NCBI GenBank assembly: GCA_039028615.1
Contig: JBCCHT010000003.1
Span: 64,001 to 128,000, forward strand
Source of the DNA: Myxococcota bacterium
Lineage (GTDB): Bacteria > Myxococcota_A > Polyangia > Nannocystales > Nannocystaceae
Direction: 5' to 3'
Length of the DNA stretch: 64,000 bases
Part shown: positions 1-9,533 of the stretch, piece after piece
How positions within the stretch are numbered: position 1 is the first letter of the stretch
How the letters are laid out: every line of letters begins with the position of its first letter
The notes under the pieces: model-generated
What the model saw: the letters and a program-made list of their open reading frames with translations, nothing else
Database searches by the model: none
Told to the model about the DNA's origin: nothing
Program-made: the position numbers and the translations under genes

Positions 1-1
1 C

Positions 2-577
2 AACCACGACGTCACCCGCTTCGCCTCCGAGGCGGAGGGCAACGCGGGGGGCGACCCCTGGTCCGCGCCGCCGACGGTGCCCACCGACGAGGACGTCTAC
101 GTGCACACCGGCCTGGGGTTGGGCCTGGTGCTCACGCTGCCCGGCTTGCCCGTGATCTACTACGGCGACGAGCTGGGTTTGGCGGGCGGGCGCGACCCCG
201 ACAACCGTCGCGTGATGCCCGATCTCTCGTTATTGAATCCGGCCCAGGTCGACCTGCTGAACCAGGTGCAAGCGCTGGCACAGCTCCGTCGGTGCCTGCC
301 CGCGCTGCGCAGCGGCACGCGGACCTCGTTGTTGACGGAGCGCGACGTGTACGCGTTCCTGCGGGACTCCGGTGATTCCGAGCCCGCGGTGGTCGTGCTC
401 TCGCGTGACGCCGACCCCGCGACGGTCCAGCTCCCGGCCGGGTCGACCCCGGTGACGGGCTGGTATAAGGATGCCGTGTCGGGACAGCGCTTCGAGATCA
501 CCGCCGCAGGGGCGGCCATCGAGATGGAGCCGCGCTCACTCCGAGTGCTCGTGCCCGAGACCTCTTCTTGCGGTTGA
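2..577 (+). CDS. GH13 alpha-amylase family protein, C-terminal part (5' truncated by window)
   Basis: Frame open from base 2: NHDVTRF (GH13 region IV), LPGLPVIYYGDELG...DPDNRR, C-terminal beta-sandwich. Confidence 0.85.
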   Translation, partial: NHDVTRFASEAEGNAGGDPWSAPPTVPTDEDVYVHTGLGLGLVLTLPGLPVIYYGDELGLAGGRDPDNRRVMPDLSLLNPAQVDLLNQVQALAQLRRCLPALRSGTRTSLLTERDVYAFLRDSGDSEPAVVVLSRDADPATVQLPAGSTPVTGWYKDAVSGQRFEITAAGAAIEMEPRSLRVLVPETSSCG

Positions 578-582
578 ACGCC

Positions 583-2397
583 ATGACCATGCCTCGCCTC
601 CGCTCGACCCGCTGCTCGTCCTTCCTCGGCGCGACGTCCATCGCCGTGCTGGCCTCGTCGATGGCCCTCACCGCGTGCGGCACCGATGGCCTGCAGTCGG
701 CGACGAGCCTCGATCCTCCCATCGACACCTACGACCCCTCGGATGGTCGGCCCGGCGGCGGCGATGGCTACGACACGACGGGCGGCATGGCCACGGGGGG
801 CAACGACGACACCTCGGGCGACGACGGCCCGCCGCCTCCGCCCCCCGCCCAGGGCACCTGGGACTGGCGCGACTCGATCATCTACTTCGTGTTCGTCGAC
901 CGCTTCGAAAACGGCGACCTGAGCAACGACGGCCAGATCGGCGGCGAGGTCGAGGACCCCGCGGACTGGTACGGCGGCGACTGGCAGGGGGTCATCGATC
1001 GCATCGACGAGGGCTACTTCAACGAGCTGGGCATCAACACGCTGTGGATCACGGTGCCCATGGACAACACCAGCGCGGCCGGGCTGGGCGTGGGCGGCGA
1101 TACGCACCTGTACGCCGGCTACCACGGCTACTGGCCCTCCGATCTCGAGACCACCGAGGAGCACTTCGGCACGCTCGAGCTGTTGCAGACGCTGGTCACG
1201 GTGGCCCACGATCACGACCTCAAGGTCATCTTCGACTACGCCATGAACCACGTGCACTCCGACTCGCCGGCGTTCACGGAGAACCCGGACTGGTTCTGGC
1301 CCAACGACAACGGGGCGGGCGGCAACTGCATCTGTGGTGAGGGCTGCTCGTGGGACGGCGACGAAGGCCGCCGCTGCTGGTTCACCGGGTACCTGCCCGA
1401 CTTCAACTTCAGCAACCAGGACGCGCGCGACTTCTCCGTCGACAACGCCATCGCCTGGGCCCAGATGACGGGCGCGGACGGCTTCCGCCTCGACGCGGTC
1501 AAGCACATCGAAGACTCCTGGCTGCTCGACCTGCGCCTGCGCAGCAATGACGAGCTCGACCAGTACAACGACGACGGCGACCTGTCGCAGCGCTTTTATA
1601 TGGTCGGCGAGACCTTCACCGGGGACCAGGGGCAGATCGCCTACTACGTCCGCGACGACATGCTCGACGGGCAGTTCGACTTCCCGCTGCGCACGGCGAT
1701 CGTCGACCGCGTGCTCATGCGCCAGGGCTCGATGAGCGACCTGGCCGGGTTCATGGACGGCAACGACGGCTTCTACTGGTCGGGCGCGGTGATGAGCACC
1801 TTCATCGGCAACCACGACTTGCCGCGGGTCATTCACTACGCCGAGGACGCGCCGCGCTCTGGCACCGACCCGTGGTGGAACGACAAGGAGCTGGGCTGGT
1901 CCAACCCTCCGCCCGTGCCGGGCGGCACCTCGGCCTTCGAGCGCTTGGTGGTCGGCTTCGGCATCGTCATGACCACCCCGGGCGCGCCGCTGGTCTACTA
2001 CGGGGACGAGATCGGCTTGGCGGGGGCGGGCGATCCCGACAACCGTCGCCCCATGGATTGGAACTCCGGCGGCTACACGGCGGGCCAGCAGCTGGTCAAC
2101 GATCAGCTCAAGCGGCTCACGGCCATCCGCGCCGCGCACCCGGCCACTCGGTACGGCATTCGCAGCACGCTCTCGAGCGAATTCGACACCTTCAGCTACC
2201 AGATGGAGCTGTCGGCAGGAGACCCCGAGCTCGACGAGACCCTATATGTGGCGATCAACCGGGCCGACGGCGCCAACGATGTCGGTGGGCTGCCCGATGG
2301 CACCTACCTCGACGAGCTTGCCAACGAAATGGTCACCGTCTCCGGCGGGGCCGTGAACGTGCCCGCCCGCGGCATCCGGGTGCTCATTCCGCAGTAG
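583..2397 (+). CDS. GH13 alpha-amylase family lipoprotein
   Basis: Lipobox LTAC; DRFENGD, YHGYW, DYAMNH, GFRLDAVKH, MVGE, NHD motifs. Confidence 0.92.
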   Translation: MTMPRLRSTRCSSFLGATSIAVLASSMALTACGTDGLQSATSLDPPIDTYDPSDGRPGGGDGYDTTGGMATGGNDDTSGDDGPPPPPPAQGTWDWRDSIIYFVFVDRFENGDLSNDGQIGGEVEDPADWYGGDWQGVIDRIDEGYFNELGINTLWITVPMDNTSAAGLGVGGDTHLYAGYHGYWPSDLETTEEHFGTLELLQTLVTVAHDHDLKVIFDYAMNHVHSDSPAFTENPDWFWPNDNGAGGNCICGEGCSWDGDEGRRCWFTGYLPDFNFSNQDARDFSVDNAIAWAQMTGADGFRLDAVKHIEDSWLLDLRLRSNDELDQYNDDGDLSQRFYMVGETFTGDQGQIAYYVRDDMLDGQFDFPLRTAIVDRVLMRQGSMSDLAGFMDGNDGFYWSGAVMSTFIGNHDLPRVIHYAEDAPRSGTDPWWNDKELGWSNPPPVPGGTSAFERLVVGFGIVMTTPGAPLVYYGDEIGLAGAGDPDNRRPMDWNSGGYTAGQQLVNDQLKRLTAIRAAHPATRYGIRSTLSSEFDTFSYQMELSAGDPELDETLYVAINRADGANDVGGLPDGTYLDELANEMVTVSGGAVNVPARGIRVLIPQ

Positions 2398-2412
2398 GCC
2401 CCACGCGGTTCT

Positions 2413-2429
2413 TTGCAACTCGATTGCAA
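2413..2429. promoter_or_regulatory. Palindromic operator TTGCAA-N5-TTGCAA (putative Zur box)
   Basis: ttgcaactcgattgcaa, about 60 bp upstream of the Fur-family gene; similar boxes at 3002 and 6371. Confidence 0.65.
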
Positions 2430-2487
2430 GAACCGAAGGGATGTCGCATGCTCGGGCCTCATCCCCCCCTCTGGACACCCAGTTCTC

Positions 2488-2937
2488 ATGCCTGACGTCG
2501 ACCCAACCATTCGCGACGCACTCCGCCAGGCCGGCCTGCGCGCGACACCGGCGAGGGTCGCGGTGCTCGACGCCGTTCGCAAGGCCGAGGCGCTCCTGAG
2601 TCACTCGGAGATCGTCACTTTGCTCGATGGGCAGGGGTGGGATCCGGCCACCATCTTCCGCAACCTCACTGCGTTGGTCGAAGCGGGGTTCATTCGCCGA
2701 ACCGACGTGGGCGACCATGTCTGGCGCTTCGAGGCCCTCACGGAGGAAGAGGACGAGCCGGGTCATCTGTTGACTCACGAGCACGCGCACTTCCTGTGCA
2801 CGGGCTGTGGCGAGGTCTCCTGCATGCCGGAGCTCCAGCTCCAGCTCCAGCTCCCCCGGGGTAAGCAGGTCCCGCAGTCGGTGCGCGCGCAAGAGGTGCG
2901 CATCCAGCTCCAGGGTCTGTGCGACGAGTGCGGCTGA
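2488..2937 (+). CDS. Fur-family metalloregulator (probably Zur)
   Basis: GLRATPAR, ATIFRNL, HEHAHFLCTGCG and C-terminal GLCDEC; zinc-uptake neighbours. Confidence 0.9.
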   Translation: MPDVDPTIRDALRQAGLRATPARVAVLDAVRKAEALLSHSEIVTLLDGQGWDPATIFRNLTALVEAGFIRRTDVGDHVWRFEALTEEEDEPGHLLTHEHAHFLCTGCGEVSCMPELQLQLQLPRGKQVPQSVRAQEVRIQLQGLCDECG

Positions 2938-3001
2938 GTCAAAGGTCGCGGTAAACACCCCAATCTCACCCGTACGCGGTGTTACCGGCGGTTGTTTCTA
3001 C

Positions 3002-3018
3002 TTGCAATTGTATTGTAT
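3002..3018. promoter_or_regulatory. Second putative Zur box
   Basis: ttgcaattgtattgtat, about 30 bp upstream of the TonB receptor start. Confidence 0.55.
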
Positions 3019-3047
3019 GTGGGCCGGACCCGCTTCGGGAACCCACA

Positions 3048-5459
3048 ATGAGCGCGTCCACCCTCGCCATCGCGCTGGGCCTCATCGGCCCGGTCGAATG
3101 CACCGATACGGTGGCGGGACGCGTGATCGACCAGGCCACGGACGAGCCGATCACGGGGGCGGTGGTGCGGTTGGGCGAGGCCGAGGTGGAGACGGACGAG
3201 ACCGGCCACTTCGAGCTGGTCGACGTGTGCCCCGGTGACCACGCCCTGTTCGTGGAGGGGCCCGACCACGAGCCGGTCAAGCGCGACGTCAGCGTGCACG
3301 GGCACGTCGAGGTCGATGTGCATGCGCTGCTTCGTGAGCACGGGGCCGAGCACGAGGACCACGTCGTGGTGCAGGTCGAGGCGGCCCAACCCACCCAGAC
3401 CAAGGCTTCGACCACCCTCGACGGGGAGCGCCTGGCTCGGACCCGCGGGCAGGACTTCGCCGAAGCCCTCAGCGGAGTGGCCGGGGTCAGCGTGCTGCGC
3501 TCGTCCGCGGGCGGCATGGGCAAGCCGATCATTCGCGGGCAGTACGGCCGCCGCAACCTGATCCTCAACAACGGGGTGCGCCACGAAGGGCAGCGCTGGG
3601 GCATCGACCATGCGCCCGAGATCGATCCGCTCTCAGCGGGCAGCATCACCGTGATCAAGGGCGCGGGCTCCATTCGCTACGGGCCCGACGCGGTCGGCGG
3701 GGTGGTGCTGGTCGAGCCGCCCCCCTTGCCGCGCTCGCCGGGGGTCTCCGGTCAGGCCCACTTGGTGGGCTCGAGCAACGCCCGTCGGGGCCTGGTCGCG
3801 GGCCGGGTCGACGGGGCGCATCGCAGGCTCCCCGGGTTCGTGTGGCGGGCCGAGGGCAATGTCTCGCGCGGCGGCTCCGAGGTGGCGCCCGACTACCCGC
3901 TCGACAACACCGCGGCGCTGCTGTGGAACGCGGGCGGCACGCTGGGCTACCTGGGCAAGGACATCGAGACGACCTTGTCGTATCGCCGCCACTTCATGAA
4001 GGCGGGGCTGTGTAGCTGCCTGCGCAACGACACGCCCGAGGCCTTCGAGCAGAGCTTTGCCTTCGAGGCGCCCATCGGCTCGGAGCTGTACCAGGCCGAC
4101 TACGAGATCGAGCGCGCGTTCCAGCGAGTGACGCACGACCTGGCGCTCGCGCGCATGCGAGCCGGGCTGGGGCGGGCAGGGCAGCTCACCGCGACCTATG
4201 CGTTCCAAGACAACCGTCGCATGGAGTTCGACATCGTGCGCACGGGCGTCGAGGGCCCGCAGATCGACTTCGAGCTCCGTACCCACATGGGCGAGCTGGC
4301 CTTCGAGCACGCCCCCGTGGTGCTCGGCGAGGGCCTGTGGCTCGAGGGCACCGCCGGGACCACCGTCTCGCAGCAGGACAACGTCTTCAACTCCAACCGA
4401 ACGCTGATCCCCGACTACGACCAGTGGTCGGGCGGGGCCTTCGTGCTCGAGCGCGTGTCGACGCAGCACTTCGAGATGCAGTGGGGCATTCGCTACGACG
4501 GCATGCTGCGGACCTCGAGCCTCAGCGAGCGCGACTACCTGGGCCAGACCAACGCCGGCTACCTCGATCCCGACGAGTGCGAGCGCACCTCCAACGGCGG
4601 GGCGCGGTGCAGCTTCCCCTTCCACGCCGCCTCGGGCTCGTACGGCGTGTTGGTGCGCGCCACCGACTCGCTCGACCTGCGGCTCGACCTGAGCTCGACC
4701 GCTCGCTTTCCCAACGTCGACGAGCACTTCCTCAACGGCATCGCCCCTTCGTTTCCCGTGCTGGGTCTGGGCGGATCGGCGCTGGGGGTCGAGCGCACCT
4801 GGGGGGCGTCGCCGTCGGTGAGCTACGCCAACCACTGGATCGCCAACGAGACCTCCGTCTACGCCAACTACATCGACGACTACATCTACTTCGCGCCCGA
4901 GCCGAGCGACGGCCCGCTCGGCCTCAACCAGACCGTGCGCGGCACCTTCCCCGTGTTCTCGTTCCGCCCCGTGGACGCGGTGTTCTATGGCGGCGAGGAA
5001 GCGTTCGCCATCGCGCCGCCCAAGTGGCCCGTGTCCTTCGACGGCCAGGTCACCATCGTTCGCGCCATCGATGTCGCGAACCGGGAGTTCTTGGTCTTCG
5101 TCCCCGCCGATCGTTATCGTCTCGGCATCACCTATCACTGGCCCGAGTTCTGGAAGTTCACCCACGGCTTCGTCTCGGTGGGCGGCACCTTCGTCGATCG
5201 TCAGCGCCGTACCGATCCCGAGGCAGACTTCGCCCCGCCGCCGCCCGCCTACTTCCTGCTCGGGGCCTCGGCCGGGGTGCAGGTGCCCATGCGTCACCAG
5301 CTGCTGTCGATCGGCATCGAGGGCAACAACCTGACCAATGCTCGCTATCGGCAGTACACGAGCCTGCTGCGCTACTTCGCCGACGAGCCCGGCTGGGACC
5401 TTCGCCTGCGCCTGAGCCTGGACTTCACCATCCACGCCCCCCGGCGGCACCGGGACTGA
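3048..5459 (+). CDS. TonB-dependent receptor with N-terminal carboxypeptidase-regulatory-like domain (metal uptake)
   Basis: GRVIDQATDEPITGAVV; plug KPIIRG...VIKGAGSIRYGPDAVGGVV; C-terminal NNLTNARY...PG. Confidence 0.9.
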   Translation: MSASTLAIALGLIGPVECTDTVAGRVIDQATDEPITGAVVRLGEAEVETDETGHFELVDVCPGDHALFVEGPDHEPVKRDVSVHGHVEVDVHALLREHGAEHEDHVVVQVEAAQPTQTKASTTLDGERLARTRGQDFAEALSGVAGVSVLRSSAGGMGKPIIRGQYGRRNLILNNGVRHEGQRWGIDHAPEIDPLSAGSITVIKGAGSIRYGPDAVGGVVLVEPPPLPRSPGVSGQAHLVGSSNARRGLVAGRVDGAHRRLPGFVWRAEGNVSRGGSEVAPDYPLDNTAALLWNAGGTLGYLGKDIETTLSYRRHFMKAGLCSCLRNDTPEAFEQSFAFEAPIGSELYQADYEIERAFQRVTHDLALARMRAGLGRAGQLTATYAFQDNRRMEFDIVRTGVEGPQIDFELRTHMGELAFEHAPVVLGEGLWLEGTAGTTVSQQDNVFNSNRTLIPDYDQWSGGAFVLERVSTQHFEMQWGIRYDGMLRTSSLSERDYLGQTNAGYLDPDECERTSNGGARCSFPFHAASGSYGVLVRATDSLDLRLDLSSTARFPNVDEHFLNGIAPSFPVLGLGGSALGVERTWGASPSVSYANHWIANETSVYANYIDDYIYFAPEPSDGPLGLNQTVRGTFPVFSFRPVDAVFYGGEEAFAIAPPKWPVSFDGQVTIVRAIDVANREFLVFVPADRYRLGITYHWPEFWKFTHGFVSVGGTFVDRQRRTDPEADFAPPPPAYFLLGASAGVQVPMRHQLLSIGIEGNNLTNARYRQYTSLLRYFADEPGWDLRLRLSLDFTIHAPRRHRD

Positions 5460-5469
5460 GCGTCGCCCT

Positions 5470-6281
5470 TCACTCCTCGGTCTCGCGCTCGTCGGCCAGC
5501 TTGGCGAGCTTGGGGTAGCGCTCCAGCGCCTGCTCGCCGAGCTCGTCCAGCCATTGCGAGAGCCGGGTCTTGGTGGTCCGCAGCTGCACCGGATCCGCCT
5601 CGAGGGCCTCCAGCCGCTTCTTCAGCAGCTTCCGCGCCTGCCGAATGCGCCCGTGCACGGTGTTGAGGCTGACCCCCAGCGCCTCGCCCAGCTCGGGCCC
5701 GCTGAAACCTCCCACACGTACAGCTCGAACGCGATCTGGTGCTTCCAGTCGAGCCCCCGCAATGCATCGAGCAGGACCTGGTCTTGGCCCGTACCCAGCA
5801 GGCCGGGCAGGGGGGGGCCCGGGTCGACGACCTGAGCCTCGGCGACGCTGTTGAAGGTCTGAGGATCGCGGGCGTGCTCGCGGAAGTACTCCTTGAGCTT
5901 GTTGTTGGCGATGCCGAACAGGTAGACCTCGAAGCGCGACTTGCCGGCGAAGCCCTTGGGGTTCTCGACGCAGACGGCCAGCGTCTCTTGCACGAGGTCG
6001 GCGATGTCTCGGTTGATGCGGCGGCCGAAGAAGTCGTGGAGCCGATCGTAGTAGTGGGCGAACAGTCGCTTGCCCGCCTTCTTGTCGCCCGCCTGCCATG
6101 CCGCGAGCTCGGTCCGGTCGATGAGGTCTCGCTTTTGTTGGCGCTCACGCTTGGCCGCGAGCGCCCGCTTCTTCTTTGACGATGGGCCGGACGGGGGACG
6201 GTTCACGGGCTCGACGTTCCGAGCGGGGCGTCGCCCACCACGGCGTTGCATCCGCGATGGACGAGAGATTTCGGGGGACAC
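5470..6281 (-). pseudogene. ECF sigma-70 factor split by a 1-nt frameshift near 5708 (pseudogene or assembly error); start uncertain
   Basis: ORF 5622..6281 has region 2 (DLVQET, FEVYLFGIANN); ORF 5470..6099 has region 4 (GPELGEALGVSLNTVHGRIRQAR); one added G restores WEGFSGPEL. Confidence 0.8.
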
Positions 6282-6370
6282 GAAGCTCGGGGCTCATCGG
6301 CTACTAGTGTCCCGGTCGGGTCGGCTCGTCAGCGGCGTGGTTAGATTTCGCCCATCACCATGAAATTCAA

Positions 6371-6387
6371 ACGCAATTTTCTTGCGA
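6371..6387. promoter_or_regulatory. Third putative Zur-like box
   Basis: acgcaattttcttgcga (GCAA-N5-TTGC) upstream of the ECF gene. Confidence 0.4.
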
Positions 6388-6403
6388 ATGGCCCCGCCGG
6401 AGC

Positions 6404-8284
6404 TCAGTGGTGGTGGTGCCCGTGATCGTGATCGTGATCGTGATGATCGTGATCATGATGATGGTGGTGATGGCCGTGGCTATGGCCATGGCCGTGCCCG
6501 TGATCATGGTCGTGATCGTGGGTATGGGACCCCTCGAGGATCTCGAGCCACGGGCGCAGGCCCCAGCGCCATAGCTGGGCCACCAACACCAGGCCCAAGA
6601 TGGCGATCGCACCGAAGCTCGTGACGCCATGTCCGTGCTCGTGCTGGAGCTGCTCGGGCACATACGCGGGGACGCCCACCAGGTTGACGGCGTAGGCCAT
6701 GGCGATGCTGACCACCAGGGTCACGCACACGCCCAGCAATACGGCCCGGGTGCCATAGCCGCGGCGCAGCACGCCGATGGTGGCGAGGTTGGTGGCGGGG
6801 CCGAGCAACAAGCCCACCAGCACCGCGCCCGGCGACACACCCTTGAGCACGAGGACGGCCGCCATGGGCGTGGCCGATGCGGCGCACACGTAGCTCGGCA
6901 TGGCGACGGCGGCGACGACCAATACGTCGAGCCCGGAGTCGGCCAGCCCGGCGAGCGAGCCTTCGCCCAGCACCACCTGGAGGAACGCGGCGGCGAGCAA
7001 TCCCACCACCGTCCACGGGGCGGTGTGCAGCACCAGCTCGTCGAAGTAGCCGTAGATCCGACTCAGCGTGCGGCCATGCGCGGCGGCGCCGGCCAGCAGT
7101 GTCTCGCCCGGGTGCGGCCGCTGGGTCCGGGGCGGCACCGCGTCGACCAACCGAGCGAAGGCCACCGCCACCAGCAGCGCGAGACCGAGGGCGGCGACCA
7201 GGCGCAAGATGGCGAAGGGCCAGCCCAGGAATCGAACGGTGAGGGTGAGCGTCTCCGGGCCGAGCTCCGGCGTGGCGATGAGGAACGCCATGACCAGAGC
7301 CGGCCCCGCGCCGCGCTTGCGCAGGGATTCGGCCAGGGGCAGGACCCCGCACGCACACAGCGGCAGCGGGGCACCCACCGCGATTCCCCGCAGAGCCTGG
7401 GTCCACGAGCCGCCGCTCGAGTAGTAGCGCGAGGGAATGCGCGAGCCGACGATCTGCAGCACGGCGCCCAGGGCCAGCCCGAGGATCAGCATCGGCGCGG
7501 TCTCGGCCATCAGCTCGATGAAGGCGTCGCTGATCTCGCTGCGAATGACCGAGCTGTGGTTGTCGGTGGACAGGGCCGCCCACAGCGGCAGCCCCACGCC
7601 GATCGCCGCCCCCAAGACGTCGAGGGCGCTGGTCCAGAGCCGCCGTCGCCCCGTTTGCCCGTGGTCGGGGTGGAAGATCACGTGCACCAAAAAACCCGCG
7701 ATGCCGGCCGAGAGCCAGGGGTGCAGGTCGAGGTGCAGACGTTGGTGCACCACGCCGGCCAGCACGAAGCCGAGCACGGTGGCCCCCGCGATCCCGAAGG
7801 TGCGGCGCATCGCGCTGGCGCGGCCGCCATGCGCCACCGCCTCGGCGACGAACACCGCGGACAACGGCAACGTGTGGGCCGCGACCGCGACGATCAACGA
7901 CTCGTGCCCGTGTCCGGCGTGGTCGGCCCCCGCGAAGGTGCCGATGGCCAGGCCTTCGGCGAGCTGGTGCGCCAAGAACCCGTAGAACCCGAGCTCGGTG
8001 CCCACGCGGTGCGTGGAGACCTCGACCGAGGGACGCAGACGGCGGGCGATCGGTGCCAGCAGGCCGGGCAAGGCCAGCGCCACCACGAACACGATCAGCG
8101 CACCGCCGCCGATCTCGGCGATGGCATCGGGCAACAGCTGCACGACGACCGCGGTGCCCACCGCCGCCACGGCGAAGGTCCGCAGCGGCCCGAGCCACGA
8201 GCCTTCTCGACGGCTCAGCCCACCGACCATCGCCCCCGCGAGGATCGAGCCCACGGTGATCGCGATCGCTTCGATCACGGGCAC
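6404..8284 (-). CDS. Metal permease: ZIP-like N-half + DUF318/ArsP-like C-half + His-rich tail
   Basis: HQLAEGLAIG, AVAAHTLP; PLPLCACGVLP, YVCAASATP, GPATN; 25 His in the last 40 aa. Confidence 0.85.
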   Translation of the reverse strand: MPVIEAIAITVGSILAGAMVGGLSRREGSWLGPLRTFAVAAVGTAVVVQLLPDAIAEIGGGALIVFVVALALPGLLAPIARRLRPSVEVSTHRVGTELGFYGFLAHQLAEGLAIGTFAGADHAGHGHESLIVAVAAHTLPLSAVFVAEAVAHGGRASAMRRTFGIAGATVLGFVLAGVVHQRLHLDLHPWLSAGIAGFLVHVIFHPDHGQTGRRRLWTSALDVLGAAIGVGLPLWAALSTDNHSSVIRSEISDAFIELMAETAPMLILGLALGAVLQIVGSRIPSRYYSSGGSWTQALRGIAVGAPLPLCACGVLPLAESLRKRGAGPALVMAFLIATPELGPETLTLTVRFLGWPFAILRLVAALGLALLVAVAFARLVDAVPPRTQRPHPGETLLAGAAAHGRTLSRIYGYFDELVLHTAPWTVVGLLAAAFLQVVLGEGSLAGLADSGLDVLVVAAVAMPSYVCAASATPMAAVLVLKGVSPGAVLVGLLLGPATNLATIGVLRRGYGTRAVLLGVCVTLVVSIAMAYAVNLVGVPAYVPEQLQHEHGHGVTSFGAIAILGLVLVAQLWRWGLRPWLEILEGSHTHDHDHDHGHGHGHSHGHHHHHHDHDHHDHDHDHGHHHH

Positions 8285-8430
8285 CTCTGCCGTCGGGCTG
8301 CCATCCGGCGCAATGTAGCTCGCATTGCCCTCGGTGCGCAGCCTTCGGCCCCAACGACGACGAGCCGCGCTCCCGGAGGTGCGCGGCCCGCTGTTCCTGG
8401 CCCCATGAGGCCGGACTCACGTGGAGCGGC

Positions 8431-9285
8431 TCAGACCTTGGCTTTACCCTTGGCGATGGTCTTGGCGTAGACCTGGGCCTTGGGGGTGCCAGCGGCGACG
8501 AGCTTGGCCGCCTTGGCCTTCTCCTCGTCGATCAGCTTCTTGAAGGCGGGGAAGGGCTGCGCTCCGGACAGGAAGCGGCCGTTGACGAAGAAGGCGGGGG
8601 TGCCCCGGGCCCCGAGCGTGGTGCCCTGGCTCTGCTGACTGGTGACCTTCTTGGCGAGGGCCGGGTCGGCCAGGTCCTTCTTGAATTTCTCGACGTCGAG
8701 GCCCAGCTCGCCGGCCCACGTGACGAAGTTCTCGTCGGTGAGCGCCTTTTGGTTGGCGAAGAGCTTGTCGTGCATGTCCCAGAACTTGCCCTGGCGACCG
8801 GCGGCCTCGGCCGCGAGCGCGGCGGGCTTGGCTCGCGGGTGGAAGCCCAGCGGGTTGTGCTTGAAGGCGATGCGCACCTCGTCGCCGTACTCCTCGGCGA
8901 TCTGCTTGAGGGTGGGCGTGACCCGGCTGCAGTACGGACACTGGAAGTCCGACCACTCGACCACGGTGACCAGCGCATCGGTGGGACCCTTGGCGTGGGC
9001 GTCGCCGACGGGCACTTTGTAGGTCAGCTTGGGGTCGGGGCGGCCGGGCTGCGGGCCCTTGGGCGCGGCCTTGCCGGGCGCAGCGGGGGCCGCTTTGGCC
9101 GCCTCGGCCACTTTGGCCTCGAGGGAGTCGAGGCGAGCGAGGACTTGGGTCTGGCCGTCGGCGATCTGGTTGAGACGCTCGTTGACCTGGGCGAATCCGC
9201 CTGCGCCCTGGCAGCCGGCGATGGTGAACGACGCGCCGAGCAGCGCGGTCATGCTCAATCCGAGGAGAGTGGATCGTCGGTTCAT
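8431..9285 (-). CDS. DsbA-family thioredoxin-fold lipoprotein
   Basis: Lipobox IAGC; SDFQCPYC; GTPAFFVNG; SGAQP. Confidence 0.92.
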   Translation of the reverse strand: MNRRSTLLGLSMTALLGASFTIAGCQGAGGFAQVNERLNQIADGQTQVLARLDSLEAKVAEAAKAAPAAPGKAAPKGPQPGRPDPKLTYKVPVGDAHAKGPTDALVTVVEWSDFQCPYCSRVTPTLKQIAEEYGDEVRIAFKHNPLGFHPRAKPAALAAEAAGRQGKFWDMHDKLFANQKALTDENFVTWAGELGLDVEKFKKDLADPALAKKVTSQQSQGTTLGARGTPAFFVNGRFLSGAQPFPAFKKLIDEEKAKAAKLVAAGTPKAQVYAKTIAKGKAKV

Positions 9286-9533
9286 GGGGTTGCTTTCTCG
9301 TAGGGAGTGTCTGGACCGAGGGGTTCCGCAGCTCCGCTGGGGATGCAGGTGCACGCGCCGGGCTCGCGGCTCGGGCGCGTCATCACCTCTCTCATCGGGC
9401 AGACACGCGTTATAACGGCACGAGGGTCGCGAAAGGAAAGGACGGTTTTCGGGAATCCGTACCCTCGGATTTGCCGCAGGCCGTACCGACGAATCCGTGC
9501 GGTCACTCACCCATTTAGGGGACGCCTTCGTTC

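Noticed and set aside
160..2139. Long antisense or alternative-frame ORFs (also 3633..5450, 18161..20491, 25981..28215, 28485..30677, 33880..35841 and others)
   Set aside because: Shadows of motif-bearing genes caused by high GC; no motifs of their own
6407..6526. gtgatc-type tandem repeat as a CRISPR or non-coding repeat
   Set aside because: Encodes the His-rich tail; no spacers or cas genes
8310..8328. gcaatg-N7-cattgc upstream of the permease as another Zur box
   Set aside because: Spacing differs from the N5 boxes; a short palindrome could be chance
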